From a virus (taxonomy: Duplodnaviria > Caudoviricetes), in the IMG/VR virus record IMGVR_UViG_3300006168_000009, positions 1,583 to 65,582 of that record: a DNA stretch of 64,000 nt. The stretch is one strand, 5' to 3'. The translations under genes were made by a program, and so were the position numbers. Below are positions 8,736-17,822 of this stretch, piece after piece. How positions within the stretch are numbered: the stretch's first letter is position 1; every line of letters starts with the position of its first letter. Under the pieces are notes generated by a model. The model had not been told where the DNA came from. It searched no databases and worked only from the letters and a program-made list of their open reading frames with translations.

Positions 8736-8909
8736 ATGAGTGATAACAAAAGATACGGGCTCGGCATCTGTGATGTGCTTGGAATTGTGTTCATCGTCTT
8801 GAAACTCCTGGGTGTCATCGACTGGAGCTGGTGGTGGGTGCTTGCACCTATCTGGATTCCTGTTGTTATTGTGTTGGTCTTGTATGGCGTCCTTGCCATC
8901 TGCAAATAG
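8736..8909 (+). CDS. 57-aa membrane protein (not in ORF track)
   Basis: SD GGAGG; LGIVFIVLKLLGVIDWSWWWVLAPIWIP, a common phage small membrane protein pattern. Confidence 0.75.
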   Translation: MSDNKRYGLGICDVLGIVFIVLKLLGVIDWSWWWVLAPIWIPVVIVLVLYGVLAICK

Positions 8910-8923
8910 CTGACAGAAAGAAA

Positions 8924-8966
8924 AGGACGGGGCGAGTGTAAAAACTCGTCACCGTCCTATTTTTTT
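8924..8966 (+). terminator. Rho-independent terminator ending the nucleotide-metabolism operon
   Basis: AGGACGG.GCGAGT...ACTCGTC.CCGTCCT stem plus T run. Confidence 0.75.
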
Positions 8967-8983
8967 ACCCTCAAATAAAGAAG

Positions 8984-9166
8984 GTGGTCATTATACAAAA
9001 ATACGCCCAAGAAACTATAAACGCCGTCTATGGCGGCGATGTCTATACCATAATCAACCTAACCCCCATCATACATAAAGACGACAGAGAGGAGCGGAAA
9101 GCTCAGATAGAGAAAACCCTGTATGCCGTCTTTAGTAAATACTCACAAAAGCCAAAGAAAAGGTAG
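8984..9166 (+). CDS. Small protein upstream of the integrase (candidate recombination directionality factor)
   Basis: 60-aa basic-ended ORF ending 6 bp before the integrase ATG; start codon uncertain. Confidence 0.5.
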   Translation: MVIIQKYAQETINAVYGGDVYTIINLTPIIHKDDREERKAQIEKTLYAVFSKYSQKPKKR

Positions 9167-9172
9167 GTTGAC

Positions 9173-10687
9173 ATGGAAGATTTAATCTATGCACGACAGT
9201 CAGTAGACAAAGAGGATAGTATTTCTATCGAAAGCCAGATAGAACTGTGTCTACGAGAAGTGGGCAACCGCCCACACAGGGTATTTAGAGACAAGGGATA
9301 CAGCGGCAAAAACACAGAACACCCAGACTTCCAAGACATGATGGCGGAGGTTCGCAGAGGTGGTGTCAGCCGCATCATCGTGTACCGGCTCGACCGTATC
9401 AGCCGGTCTGTTCTCGACTTCGCCAACGTTATCAGTGAGCTCCAGAAGTATGGGGTGGAGTTCGTATCCATCACAGAACGGTTCGACACCTCGACCCCAA
9501 TCGGCAAAGCCATGCTGATGATTGTCATGGTCTTCGCCCAGCTCGAACGTGAGACCATCCAGCAGCGTGTCATTGACGCATATCGCTCTCGCAGCAGGAA
9601 GGGATTCTACATGGGAGGTCGTGTTCCATACGGCTATGAGCTTGAGAACACGGTCATGGAAGGCATTAAGACCTGTATGTATAAGCCCATCCCGGAGCAA
9701 ATTCAGGTCGTCCAGTTGATATTCTCGCTCTACTCCCGGCCACAGGTCTCCTTTTCCGATGTTATGAAGTACCTCAGCGAGAACGGCATCAAAAACCAAG
9801 CGGGCCAGAACTTCAGCAGGATGCGGATACGGGACATCATCATCAACCCAGCCTACGCCAAGGCAGACGCAGAACTGTATGAGTTCTTCCGCACTCAGGG
9901 GACAGAAATCATCAATGATATCTCACAGTTCATTGGGACAAACGGTGCTTATCTCTACACAGGAAGCAAAGCCACTAAGCGGAAGTCCATCTGCCTCGAT
10001 GGTCAGGTGTTGGTACTCGCACCACATGAAGGCTGCATTGATTCAGACACATGGATTCGGTGCCGCCGAAAGTGCTTGAACGTGCGCCAGATTGCAAAGC
10101 CAGTGAAGGCCAGAAACACATGGTTGGCAGGGAAAATCAAGTGTATTGATTGCGGCCACGCTCTCTCGCTCAAATCTTACCCACGCAAGCGCACAGAGGA
10201 TGCCAGATACTACATTTGCAATAGTAAGTATGTGTCAGCATCGTGCGACGGCGTTGGTGCGGTTCAGGCAGGCGATATTGAAGGCATTGTGTTCGATGAG
10301 ATGTCCAGAAAGCTGAGGGAGTTCAGCGAGCTGTCCTACACAGAGAAGCAAGGGGATACCGCCGAGCTTACCAAGCTCAAGATTCGCTTGGATGAAATCG
10401 AAAAAGAAATCGCCACACTCATAGACAAAATCGTGTCTGCGAGCGAAGCGACGATGGAGTATATCAACAAGCGTGTGGATGCGCTTGACGAGGAGAAAAA
10501 GGAGCTCCGTGAAAAGGTATCACAGATGTCCGCTGAAATGTATGATAGGAAGAACATTGGAACAATCAATGGGTACATGAACAACTGGGAGAGCGTCAGT
10601 ATTGACGATAAATTATCAGTGGTTGATGCGCTAATTGAAAGTGTTCATGTTGGTCACGGCAAGGTACAGATATCCTGGAAAATCTGA
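9173..10687 (+). CDS. Large serine recombinase (integrase)
   Basis: IYARQS catalytic Ser, DKGYSG, VYRLDRISR, recombinase domain, CIDCG/YYIC Zn ribbon, coiled coil. Confidence 0.95.
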   Translation: MEDLIYARQSVDKEDSISIESQIELCLREVGNRPHRVFRDKGYSGKNTEHPDFQDMMAEVRRGGVSRIIVYRLDRISRSVLDFANVISELQKYGVEFVSITERFDTSTPIGKAMLMIVMVFAQLERETIQQRVIDAYRSRSRKGFYMGGRVPYGYELENTVMEGIKTCMYKPIPEQIQVVQLIFSLYSRPQVSFSDVMKYLSENGIKNQAGQNFSRMRIRDIIINPAYAKADAELYEFFRTQGTEIINDISQFIGTNGAYLYTGSKATKRKSICLDGQVLVLAPHEGCIDSDTWIRCRRKCLNVRQIAKPVKARNTWLAGKIKCIDCGHALSLKSYPRKRTEDARYYICNSKYVSASCDGVGAVQAGDIEGIVFDEMSRKLREFSELSYTEKQGDTAELTKLKIRLDEIEKEIATLIDKIVSASEATMEYINKRVDALDEEKKELREKVSQMSAEMYDRKNIGTINGYMNNWESVSIDDKLSVVDALIESVHVGHGKVQISWKI

Positions 10688-10737
10688 CGTGGTAGTCTGA
10701 TTGTTTTGGTTTAGCATGACAATCATCATACAACGTC
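10686..10737. other. Putative attP site
   Basis: 52-bp imperfect palindrome GACGTGGTAGTCTGATTGT...ACAATCATCATACAACGTC centred on TT (10711-10712), overlapping the integrase stop. Confidence 0.65.
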
Positions 10738-10790
10738 TTTTCAGCCTTGGGAAACTGATACAACCCAAGGCCAATACATAACAATGTTCA

Positions 10791-10819
10791 TTTACAAGAG
10801 CGCTGATATATGCTATAAT
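10791..10819 (+). promoter_or_regulatory. SigA-type promoter with extended -10
   Basis: TTTACA-17 nt-TATAAT with TGn before -10. Confidence 0.75.
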
Positions 10820-10866
10820 TGCATCAACGATGTTGTAAGCGAACATTTGAGAAATAGGAGAAAGAT

Positions 10867-11568
10867 ATGAAGACAACGAACATCGACAAGGTTAGAGACC
10901 TCGCTATCACCTTTGCTTACCTTCCAATAGAGCCAAATGAAAAGATACCATTCATTGTATCTCATCCGTTCCTTGATACGTCTGTCACTGCTATACAGGG
11001 TGAGAGCGGTTTAGAAATGATAAATGTATTAGAGGGCGATGGTGAGGATAAGTTTCGGGCCTCCATTGTAGACCGCCTAAAGAAGATAGACACACTTACC
11101 GGCTTCCTTCTCCTGTTAAGCAAGTCCTACCGTTTCACATTCCTTGACCACATCAAGAGCTATCTAAGCGACGACGACCTTGGTGCGTGCCTGCGCTACA
11201 TCTGGGAAAACAGCGAGTACACAAACAGCGGCTCCGTTTTCACGAAGAAACAGCTTCTCAGTTTGTTCAAGCGCAGCACAAAAGAGAAGCTAATGGACGA
11301 AGATGAACTTCCGGTCTTCAATGACCTTCCTGACCGCATCACAGTTTACCGTGGCACCACCTCTGTGAATAGCAAAGATATCAAGGTCTTCTCATGGACG
11401 TTATCCAAAAAGAGGGCAGAATGGTACTCTAAGCGATTTGATGACAGTGTTCAAAACGTGTTCCAGGCAGAGTTACCAAAGGACGGCGTCCTTGCCTACT
11501 TCTCCGCCGACGATGAGATTGTCGCAGACCCATTCAAGCTGGAAAACATCCAAAACATAAGTGCATAA
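10867..11568 (+). CDS. Moron protein with ADP-ribosyltransferase-like C-terminal motifs
   Basis: Own promoter, SD AGGAG; VYRG...FSWT...DEIV pattern resembles the R-S-E ART triad. Confidence 0.55.
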   Translation: MKTTNIDKVRDLAITFAYLPIEPNEKIPFIVSHPFLDTSVTAIQGESGLEMINVLEGDGEDKFRASIVDRLKKIDTLTGFLLLLSKSYRFTFLDHIKSYLSDDDLGACLRYIWENSEYTNSGSVFTKKQLLSLFKRSTKEKLMDEDELPVFNDLPDRITVYRGTTSVNSKDIKVFSWTLSKKRAEWYSKRFDDSVQNVFQAELPKDGVLAYFSADDEIVADPFKLENIQNISA

Positions 11569-11571
11569 CGC

Positions 11572-11622
11572 AAAAAGAAGGAGAGCTACCTGCAATCGCA
11601 AGTAACTCTCCTATTTTTGTTT
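11572..11622. terminator. Bidirectional terminator between convergent transcription units
   Basis: AGGAGAG...CTCTCCT stem with A run before and T run after. Confidence 0.75.
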
Positions 11623-12176
11623 TACGCAAAATCGTGTTTCTCCATGCGCTCGTCATAAACCCGCTTGATGTTCATGATTGCGCGAACAGCCCGATTGTTT
11701 GGATACTCAGGGTGTTCCTCACAGTATCTCTCATAGCAGTCGATATTGTAGAGAACCTCGTTAAAGTGCTCCTCCGTGTGTTGACGGTTGGCAATCAACT
11801 CCTCATTAAACCGCAGGATGCTGGCTCGGTGCATATCGGCATTTCGCTCGTCATCGATACGGATATGGGTTCCAAGGCGCTCCTTTGTCTCGGTTTGTGC
11901 CTCCTCAATCTTATCAAGACGCTCCTTTGCTTCTGCTTGAGCGGACTCTATCTGGTCGAGCCTCTTCTGTGTTTCAATCTGGGTCGCTTCTATCCTGTCC
12001 AGCCGCTCAATCACATCGCCGTTAAACGCCTTGCCCACAGCCTTCCAAATGGCCTTAATTACTTTACCGATGGCAGACCACGGGTTTACCTTGATGGGTG
12101 CAATCTGCACCAGTGTCATCAGGATAACCAGCGCCCCGCCGCCATTTACAAGGATTTCCTGAACGCTCACAGTCAC
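11622..12176 (-). CDS. Lysis-module membrane protein with coiled-coil repeats (holin-associated)
   Basis: N-terminal TM, QIAPIKVNPWS motif, three 14-aa repeats. Confidence 0.6.
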   Translation of the reverse strand: MTVSVQEILVNGGGALVILMTLVQIAPIKVNPWSAIGKVIKAIWKAVGKAFNGDVIERLDRIEATQIETQKRLDQIESAQAEAKERLDKIEEAQTETKERLGTHIRIDDERNADMHRASILRFNEELIANRQHTEEHFNEVLYNIDCYERYCEEHPEYPNNRAVRAIMNIKRVYDERMEKHDFA

Positions 12177-12505
12177 TCACCTGCCTTCTCCGTTTCAGTA
12201 GGTGCGTTGACCTTCTTGCTCATCTTGCACAGGTCATCGATGAGCTTACTGATTTCCTCCATGTTGATGTCGTAATCAACAGTGTCGGCAGAAGCCTTGA
12301 CCATGGCGAGAACCCATTCCTTACGGTCGGCACCGTTGTCGAACTTTTCCTCGGCAGTAGCCATGTACTTCATAACCATGTCAAGAACCTTGCCCCAGTT
12401 CTTCTCCTTCACGGCCTTCTTGACATACTCCACCAGCTTAATTGCCAGAGGAATAGCGGTAATCAGACCGGCTACGATTGACGCAATCAGTTGCAGCCAC
12501 TCCAT
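12173..12505 (-). CDS. Holin (LL-H-like)
   Basis: N-terminal TM; AEEKFDNGADRKEWVL pattern; in lysis cluster. Confidence 0.7.
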   Translation of the reverse strand: MEWLQLIASIVAGLITAIPLAIKLVEYVKKAVKEKNWGKVLDMVMKYMATAEEKFDNGADRKEWVLAMVKASADTVDYDINMEEISKLIDDLCKMSKKVNAPTETEKAGE

Positions 12506-12519
12506 ATTTATACCTCCTC

Positions 12520-12879
12520 TCAGATTGCGGGGCTATCCTCTACCACCGCATCCGTTTGTGTAAATCCAGCCGCTTTTGCAGCAGCATACTTGATTCCCTC
12601 GCCGTCAGCGCCAGTATTTTCAGCTTCACTCTTGCGGACAATGCTGTTCAGCACGATGCCGATAGCTGTTCCGATTGGCGTGAACACCACAGTGAAGCAA
12701 GCGAGTGCGCCCATATACTGGTACTCAATGCTCCTCCATGCGAGGATGAATCCGCCCGCCAGACCCAGCAGCAGAAGCAATATGAGGAGCAGGGCAAAGA
12801 GGTTGGTAAACCCAATGCCCCGACGCTTCTTTGTACGCCGCCGGGTCTTCTTACGGCCACGCTCAATCTTGATGGTCAT
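12520..12879 (-). CDS. Two-TM membrane protein (lysis module)
   Basis: Basic N-terminus plus two hydrophobic helices, directly after the endolysin. Confidence 0.65.
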   Translation of the reverse strand: MTIKIERGRKKTRRRTKKRRGIGFTNLFALLLILLLLLGLAGGFILAWRSIEYQYMGALACFTVVFTPIGTAIGIVLNSIVRKSEAENTGADGEGIKYAAAKAAGFTQTDAVVEDSPAI

Positions 12880-12882
12880 GGC

Positions 12883-14346
12883 TTAGACCATCCCCATCAG
12901 TTTTGCAAAGCGGTGCAGCACAGCGACAAACTGTTCACGGGTGAGAACATCTGCCCACATATAGTTGGGCTCGCCGTTGATTTCTGTGCCGTTACCAGCA
13001 ATCAGGCCAGTAGCGGTCGCCCAGTTACGAGCCTCCTCGCTCCACTTGCTGCTGTCATTGTCTTGAAGCTCTTTGCGCATCTCATTGTAGAGCTGCTTAA
13101 AACGTACCACATCCATGTCGTCATCCTCCTCCTTATTGTTGTTTACCCCCGCAAGCAAAGCGGAGACATCATTACGAACTGTCTGCATACTCTTGCCATA
13201 CTTCGGAAGCCAATGCAGCACATCGCCATGGTTGGAGCCAAGACCGAGCTGATAGCTATCCTGATGGCACAGGATAACAGGCACCTTCACGCCGTTATAT
13301 GCAACCGTACCTTGCGGGTCGAGGTTGTAGAGCTTGCACAGATACGCAGTAAGTTCAACGGCCTCACGGTAGACCTTCTCGAAGTAAACTGGGTCGCCCA
13401 GATTGTCCTCACAGATTTCAAACTGAATCCACCCGTTGTTGCAGGAGCCCTTCTTGCCAGAGCCACAACCCCAAGCCTTTTTGTCCCAATCGCCAGCCTG
13501 CACAGTGGTTACTTCACCACTGGCGAGCTTACCGATAAAAGCATGGACACCGGCTTTGAGCGGAACCCACTGACCTTTGACCCATTGACCCTCACGGTTC
13601 CAGTCATTGCTGTTTTTGTTCACACCGAGCAGCTCCAACAACCTTGCCCTGTCCGCTGCGGTGTCATCAGGCTGGACATAGCGTTTCAGACTTGGGTTGT
13701 TAGCTCCGGTGGAGTGCCACAGCACACCACGCACAGGAACCTTACCAGTGCTCTTATACCAGGAACTCTGGCGCATAAAGCACTTCATGGGCGGGTTTGC
13801 AGAAGTATATTTCATCGAACCGCTCTCTCCTTTCTCCACCGCTGCTGCGGCGAATTTGTCGTAATATCCCTGGGCATACCCGGCACGCTTATCCTGTGTT
13901 GCCTTAGTATCCTTGCTGGCAGGCCGCTCGAATTGGAGCAGAACAATGTCGGACGCCTCACGCACAGACGTAGTGCTGAAAAGCACTCCCAGGACGCTCT
14001 TGAAGCTCTCTGAGAGCTCTTTCATCAGGAACTTGAGCTGGGTATCAAGGTCACCAATGGACGCTCCTACGGCCTTACAGAAGGCGTAGAGAGCCTGTTT
14101 TCTCGTCCAGTACGTCCACTGTGCCAAGCCATAGCCAGCAGAGTCCTTGACGAAGTTGGTATACTTGCCGCTATCTACAGCGGCGGTGTAAGTTTCGTCT
14201 GTGTAGCCAAGTTTCTTTTCATATGTGTTCTGGAGATTCTTCGGATTGAGCCCACTCTCGGCGAACAGGTTGCCCATCAGGCCAGCGGCACCAGCGTCAG
14301 TCATGCCCTGGGACTTCAAAAACCTCCAGATAGCAGCTTCATTCAC
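12883..14346 (-). CDS. Endolysin: phage-tail-lysozyme domain + amidase_2 domain + SLH-like C-terminus
   Basis: GLMGNLFAESG/GYGLAQWT; VLWHSTG...FEICED...ILCHQD; WSEEARNWA...LTREQFVAVLHR. Confidence 0.85.
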   Translation of the reverse strand: MNEAAIWRFLKSQGMTDAGAAGLMGNLFAESGLNPKNLQNTYEKKLGYTDETYTAAVDSGKYTNFVKDSAGYGLAQWTYWTRKQALYAFCKAVGASIGDLDTQLKFLMKELSESFKSVLGVLFSTTSVREASDIVLLQFERPASKDTKATQDKRAGYAQGYYDKFAAAAVEKGESGSMKYTSANPPMKCFMRQSSWYKSTGKVPVRGVLWHSTGANNPSLKRYVQPDDTAADRARLLELLGVNKNSNDWNREGQWVKGQWVPLKAGVHAFIGKLASGEVTTVQAGDWDKKAWGCGSGKKGSCNNGWIQFEICEDNLGDPVYFEKVYREAVELTAYLCKLYNLDPQGTVAYNGVKVPVILCHQDSYQLGLGSNHGDVLHWLPKYGKSMQTVRNDVSALLAGVNNNKEEDDDMDVVRFKQLYNEMRKELQDNDSSKWSEEARNWATATGLIAGNGTEINGEPNYMWADVLTREQFVAVLHRFAKLMGMV

Positions 14347-14391
14347 GAAACCACCTCCTATAAAACATCAATTTCATAGCCGGATATACAG

Positions 14392-14428
14392 AATGGGAGC
14401 TCACCATGCGGTGGCTCCCATTTCTTTT
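14392..14428. terminator. Intergenic stem-loop
   Basis: AATGGGAGC...GCTCCCATT; T run on the + side. Confidence 0.5.
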
Positions 14429-14447
14429 ATCCATATTCCGGCTCAAT

Positions 14448-14912
14448 TTAGGAACGAGTTCTCCAGAGTGTGTAGTGCGGTCTTTCGCCGCCCTCTACTC
14501 CATACCGCATCCAGTCCAACATCACGATGCCGACTGCCGCCAGTACCATCCACATGATAAGGAACTGTGGACAAATCTGCCCCATGATGTTCCCAGCCAT
14601 GCCAGAGTAGTCCCACACGCCCATGCCGAGCCATACATTTATGATAAGCCCAGCTACGAACTCAACTGCTGTGATAGCCACGCCGCAGATAGCAGACTGT
14701 GCCATCAGCGGCATATCCCATGGCAACTCAGCACCGAACCGTTCCAGCGGTACGGCCAGGATGATAGCCAGCAAAAGCATTGTCCAGCTAATCATCTCCT
14801 GCCTTCCGTGTGAAGTCTTCCATACGACCTCGATAAAGAAGTAGAGCGTACCAGTCCAAACCCACAGGAGGACGCTCAAGAGCCACTTGCTGATTCGTGT
14901 TCTGCCATACAT
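14448..14912 (-). CDS. Multi-TM protein of the putative ABC-transporter permease (CmpB-like) family
   Basis: G..YF.IEV.W, AVEFVAGLIINVWLG..VWDYS..GNIMGQIC motifs. Confidence 0.7.
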   Translation of the reverse strand: MYGRTRISKWLLSVLLWVWTGTLYFFIEVVWKTSHGRQEMISWTMLLLAIILAVPLERFGAELPWDMPLMAQSAICGVAITAVEFVAGLIINVWLGMGVWDYSGMAGNIMGQICPQFLIMWMVLAAVGIVMLDWMRYGVEGGERPHYTLWRTRS

Positions 14913-14928
14913 GACCCGACACCTCTTT

Positions 14929-15168
14929 TCAATCTGTCACAATGCAATCGAAGAAACAGGCGCCCCAGTGGAAACGCCCGTCCTCTAAACAACAGCACAC
15001 CCCTTCGTCTTCCTCAATGGTGGCCGATATAGTGCCTACCTCGTGAATTGTCACGACCTGCCCAAGATACTCGCACATATATCTGTTGTAGCCGAAACCT
15101 GGGTCAGTCGGCCATTGGTCAATGACCTTCACCTTCATCCCAGGGTGCAGCATCTTGATATCTACCAT
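14929..15168 (-). CDS. Small Cys-rich hypothetical protein
   Basis: SD AAGGAG; beta-rich sequence. Confidence 0.5.
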   Translation of the reverse strand: MVDIKMLHPGMKVKVIDQWPTDPGFGYNRYMCEYLGQVVTIHEVGTISATIEEDEGVCCCLEDGRFHWGACFFDCIVTD

Positions 15169-15174
15169 AGCTCC

Positions 15175-15744
15175 TTAACCGTTCAGACGGGCCACAATGG
15201 CCTCCATCTGTGCCTGGGCGACGGCCAGCTTCTCGTTCATCTCAGTGGTGAACTTCTTCGGCAGATTCATGCCGTAAGTCACGGCGGAAATCTTCTCCAC
15301 ATCAGTCAGGGACTGCACATACGCTTTCAGAGCGTTGTGGTAGGTCGTCTGTGATGTGATGGTGGTTTGAGCCGTGATGTAGATTTGGGCGATTTCCTGG
15401 GCGGTGTAGATGCGGCACTTGCCGCCGTCAGCCTGATAGGGAAACTCGGTGCCGCCCAGCTCCACCACACGGAACAGGTTAGCAATGTTGCTCTGGTCTT
15501 CGATGCTCAGATTGAAGTGTTCGGTTTCCTCGCCCAGCGTGATGTCAAACCCGGCCACGATGACAGCATTACAGGTGGCGGAGATTTCAGCGATTTTTGC
15601 GCCACGGATGACCTCAGTGGCGTTGTCCTCTCCGATGATACCGACCACATCCTCCACGGTCACCCAGCCCTTGGCAACTGCGGCCAGGAGCTTGGCGGGG
15701 GTGAGCTCGCCGCTCTCATACAGATTCTTCAGTCTTTCTTTCAT
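15175..15744 (-). CDS. XkdX-like N-terminus fused to DUF4376-like tail-fibre-associated domain
   Basis: AVAKGWVTVEDV; F.LSIEDQSNI...YQADGG. Confidence 0.6.
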   Translation of the reverse strand: MKERLKNLYESGELTPAKLLAAVAKGWVTVEDVVGIIGEDNATEVIRGAKIAEISATCNAVIVAGFDITLGEETEHFNLSIEDQSNIANLFRVVELGGTEFPYQADGGKCRIYTAQEIAQIYITAQTTITSQTTYHNALKAYVQSLTDVEKISAVTYGMNLPKKFTTEMNEKLAVAQAQMEAIVARLNG

Positions 15745-15747
15745 TTT

Positions 15748-16020
15748 TTAGCCCTCCAATGCACTGATGAGCAGCCCATCAATAATGCGCTGTTGTTCGG
15801 CGACCAGCGCTCCACCGTCAAACTCGGAGACAACAACCGTGTCCGCACCTTCGATTTCCTCGTGACCGAGCAGGTTGTAGGCCACCCCGTTCAGAGCAAC
15901 GCCAATGGCCTCATCCTCTGGTGCTGGGTGGAAATCACCGCTTGCACCAATGTTGATGTAGGTCACCTTGTCAACGGCACCCAGATTAGCACCGCTGTTG
16001 ATATTGGTGATTCGATACAT
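15748..16020 (-). CDS. XkdW-like small protein
   Basis: C-terminal IDGLLISALEG; position before the XkdX-like gene. Confidence 0.45.
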   Translation of the reverse strand: MYRITNINSGANLGAVDKVTYINIGASGDFHPAPEDEAIGVALNGVAYNLLGHEEIEGADTVVVSEFDGGALVAEQQRIIDGLLISALEG

Positions 16021-16421
16021 TACTTGACCTCCTTTGCGCCAACAAGTTCTGCGATGTGTTTCAGCACATCAATATCAGCATTAAAAAATGCTTGGTTCCA
16101 AAACCACCTGTCATCGTAGTCAGCACGCTTGTACGGCTGGCAGGCTGGGTCGTTCCACACCCTGTCCCAACGTTCCTGGTACTGCTCGTCATGGCGTTCA
16201 AGCGTTTTGGTGATGGCCTGTGTCAACTTGCCACGCTCCATACCATACCCATCGTCGTTCCGAGCAAAGAACTGGTTGGCTGTCTCACATTCCTCATAGC
16301 ACACAATGCCGTTGTTGTAGATGATGATGCCGCCCTCGCACTCCACCTCGGTCATGGCCGGGATATTGACGGGGCCGCAGATGACGTTTTTCTTTAAGCG
16401 TCTATGCGCAATGTACTTCAT
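16020..16421 (-). CDS. Hypothetical protein overlapping the end of the DGR RT
   Basis: 133-aa ORF with SD, 20-bp overlap with RT. Confidence 0.6.
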   Translation of the reverse strand: MKYIAHRRLKKNVICGPVNIPAMTEVECEGGIIIYNNGIVCYEECETANQFFARNDDGYGMERGKLTQAITKTLERHDEQYQERWDRVWNDPACQPYKRADYDDRWFWNQAFFNADIDVLKHIAELVGAKEVK

Positions 16422-17571
16422 TTTCTGTTCCTCTCATTCTAAAATTTTCAATCTTCTCAGGGGAAAACCCGAAGATTGCATAAAAAAGCCTGCGAAGACG
16501 CAGGACACGCTTGTGGTCGTTATAGCACCCGAAGTATGCGAGCATACCATTCACAGAAGTCCACAAATCTTCATATGACATTCCGCCTTCTGCAATCTTT
16601 TTGTGGAAGGCTTTTATTTTTCTCCGTGCCCGTTTCATTCCGTCACGGTTCCCGTTGACAACCACCTTTCCGGTTTCTGTCAGGGTATACTTAGCCTTAC
16701 AGTAACGGAACGACTTGGTCAGCGGAACGATGCGGGATTTTGATTTACTGATAGTCAGCTTCAAACTCTCCGCCATTTCTACGATAAGGCGCATGACCTC
16801 TTTCGGGTCAACACCCGGCGGGACAATGATGTAGTAATCGTCCATGTAATGCCCGGCACACTTAATGCCAAGCTGACATTTGATAAAGTTGTCCAGAGCG
16901 GATGGAAATGCAATCATCTCTGCCTGGCTTGGTTCGACTCCAAGAGGTAGACCAACACCTCCTGGGACAGTGTTCACCACATCGTCCCCAACTTGGCGAA
17001 TATCCCTGTTCAGAATAAGCGCTTGGTGGCGCTTAAAGATTTCTGCATGGGACACAGACGGAAAGAACTGCTTGAAGTCGATAAGAATGATGCTGCCTTC
17101 CCGTCCATAACGCCGGAAATGCCAGCGAAGGTCTTCTCTCAGCTCTCGCTTGGAAAACTCAAAGCCCTTTCCTGGCAAGCTGGCTCCGTTGTTGTAAATC
17201 ATGCTTGGCAGATACAGCGGCAGTAAGACCTTTTGCGTATAGACCTTATGCACCTGTCTGTCCTGAATCCGTGGAGCATCGATTGGGCGTGTCTTGCCAC
17301 GCTCAGAAATTGTGAAATGCACATATGTGGTCGGTTCCCACATCTTGTCCAGAAGAAGTTTTCGGCGGCGTGCCGTACCAGAGAACAGGTGCATCTCAAA
17401 CCGTTGTGCGCTGTTCTTCCATCTGACGCCGTTGCAGCACTTCTTTCCGGCCTTATACAGGTCATGGTAGCCAAACACATCTTTCAGTCCACCGACTTCA
17501 ATACATCGCTGTACCCTATTCGCTTCTCGTTTGGCTTTGCGTCGTTGATATCGTCCTTGTCTTCTACTCAT
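16402..17571 (-). CDS. DGR reverse transcriptase
   Basis: GKTRPI, DRQVH, GKG, DFKQFFPSV, GLPLG..PSQ, YMDD motifs; adjacent to TR and avd. Confidence 0.93.
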   Translation of the reverse strand: MSRRQGRYQRRKAKREANRVQRCIEVGGLKDVFGYHDLYKAGKKCCNGVRWKNSAQRFEMHLFSGTARRRKLLLDKMWEPTTYVHFTISERGKTRPIDAPRIQDRQVHKVYTQKVLLPLYLPSMIYNNGASLPGKGFEFSKRELREDLRWHFRRYGREGSIILIDFKQFFPSVSHAEIFKRHQALILNRDIRQVGDDVVNTVPGGVGLPLGVEPSQAEMIAFPSALDNFIKCQLGIKCAGHYMDDYYIIVPPGVDPKEVMRLIVEMAESLKLTISKSKSRIVPLTKSFRYCKAKYTLTETGKVVVNGNRDGMKRARRKIKAFHKKIAEGGMSYEDLWTSVNGMLAYFGCYNDHKRVLRLRRLFYAIFGFSPEKIENFRMRGTENEVHCA

Positions 17572-17822
17572 AGGTTGTTATTCGCTCTTCGTACAGATGT
17601 CTTGTAGGGTGCCGTCTAATCTGCTTAGCTCTTACACATGAAACGGGGTAAGGCACGTCTCCCGCCATGCACGCTCGGTTACCCGGCGGCGTTCGTGCAA
17701 GAGCATCAAAGAGCAGTTTCGGATTTTCATCACGGGAAGTATTTCTCCTTTCGTAAAGGTCGTGTTTCACTCTTTTTTTGAGCTACTGTGGTTGACCCAA
17801 AACCATTTCTGGTTTACGAAAT

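Noticed and set aside
12478-14013. 511-aa + strand ORF opposite the endolysin
   Set aside because: Antisense shadow caused by codon bias; no motifs or SD
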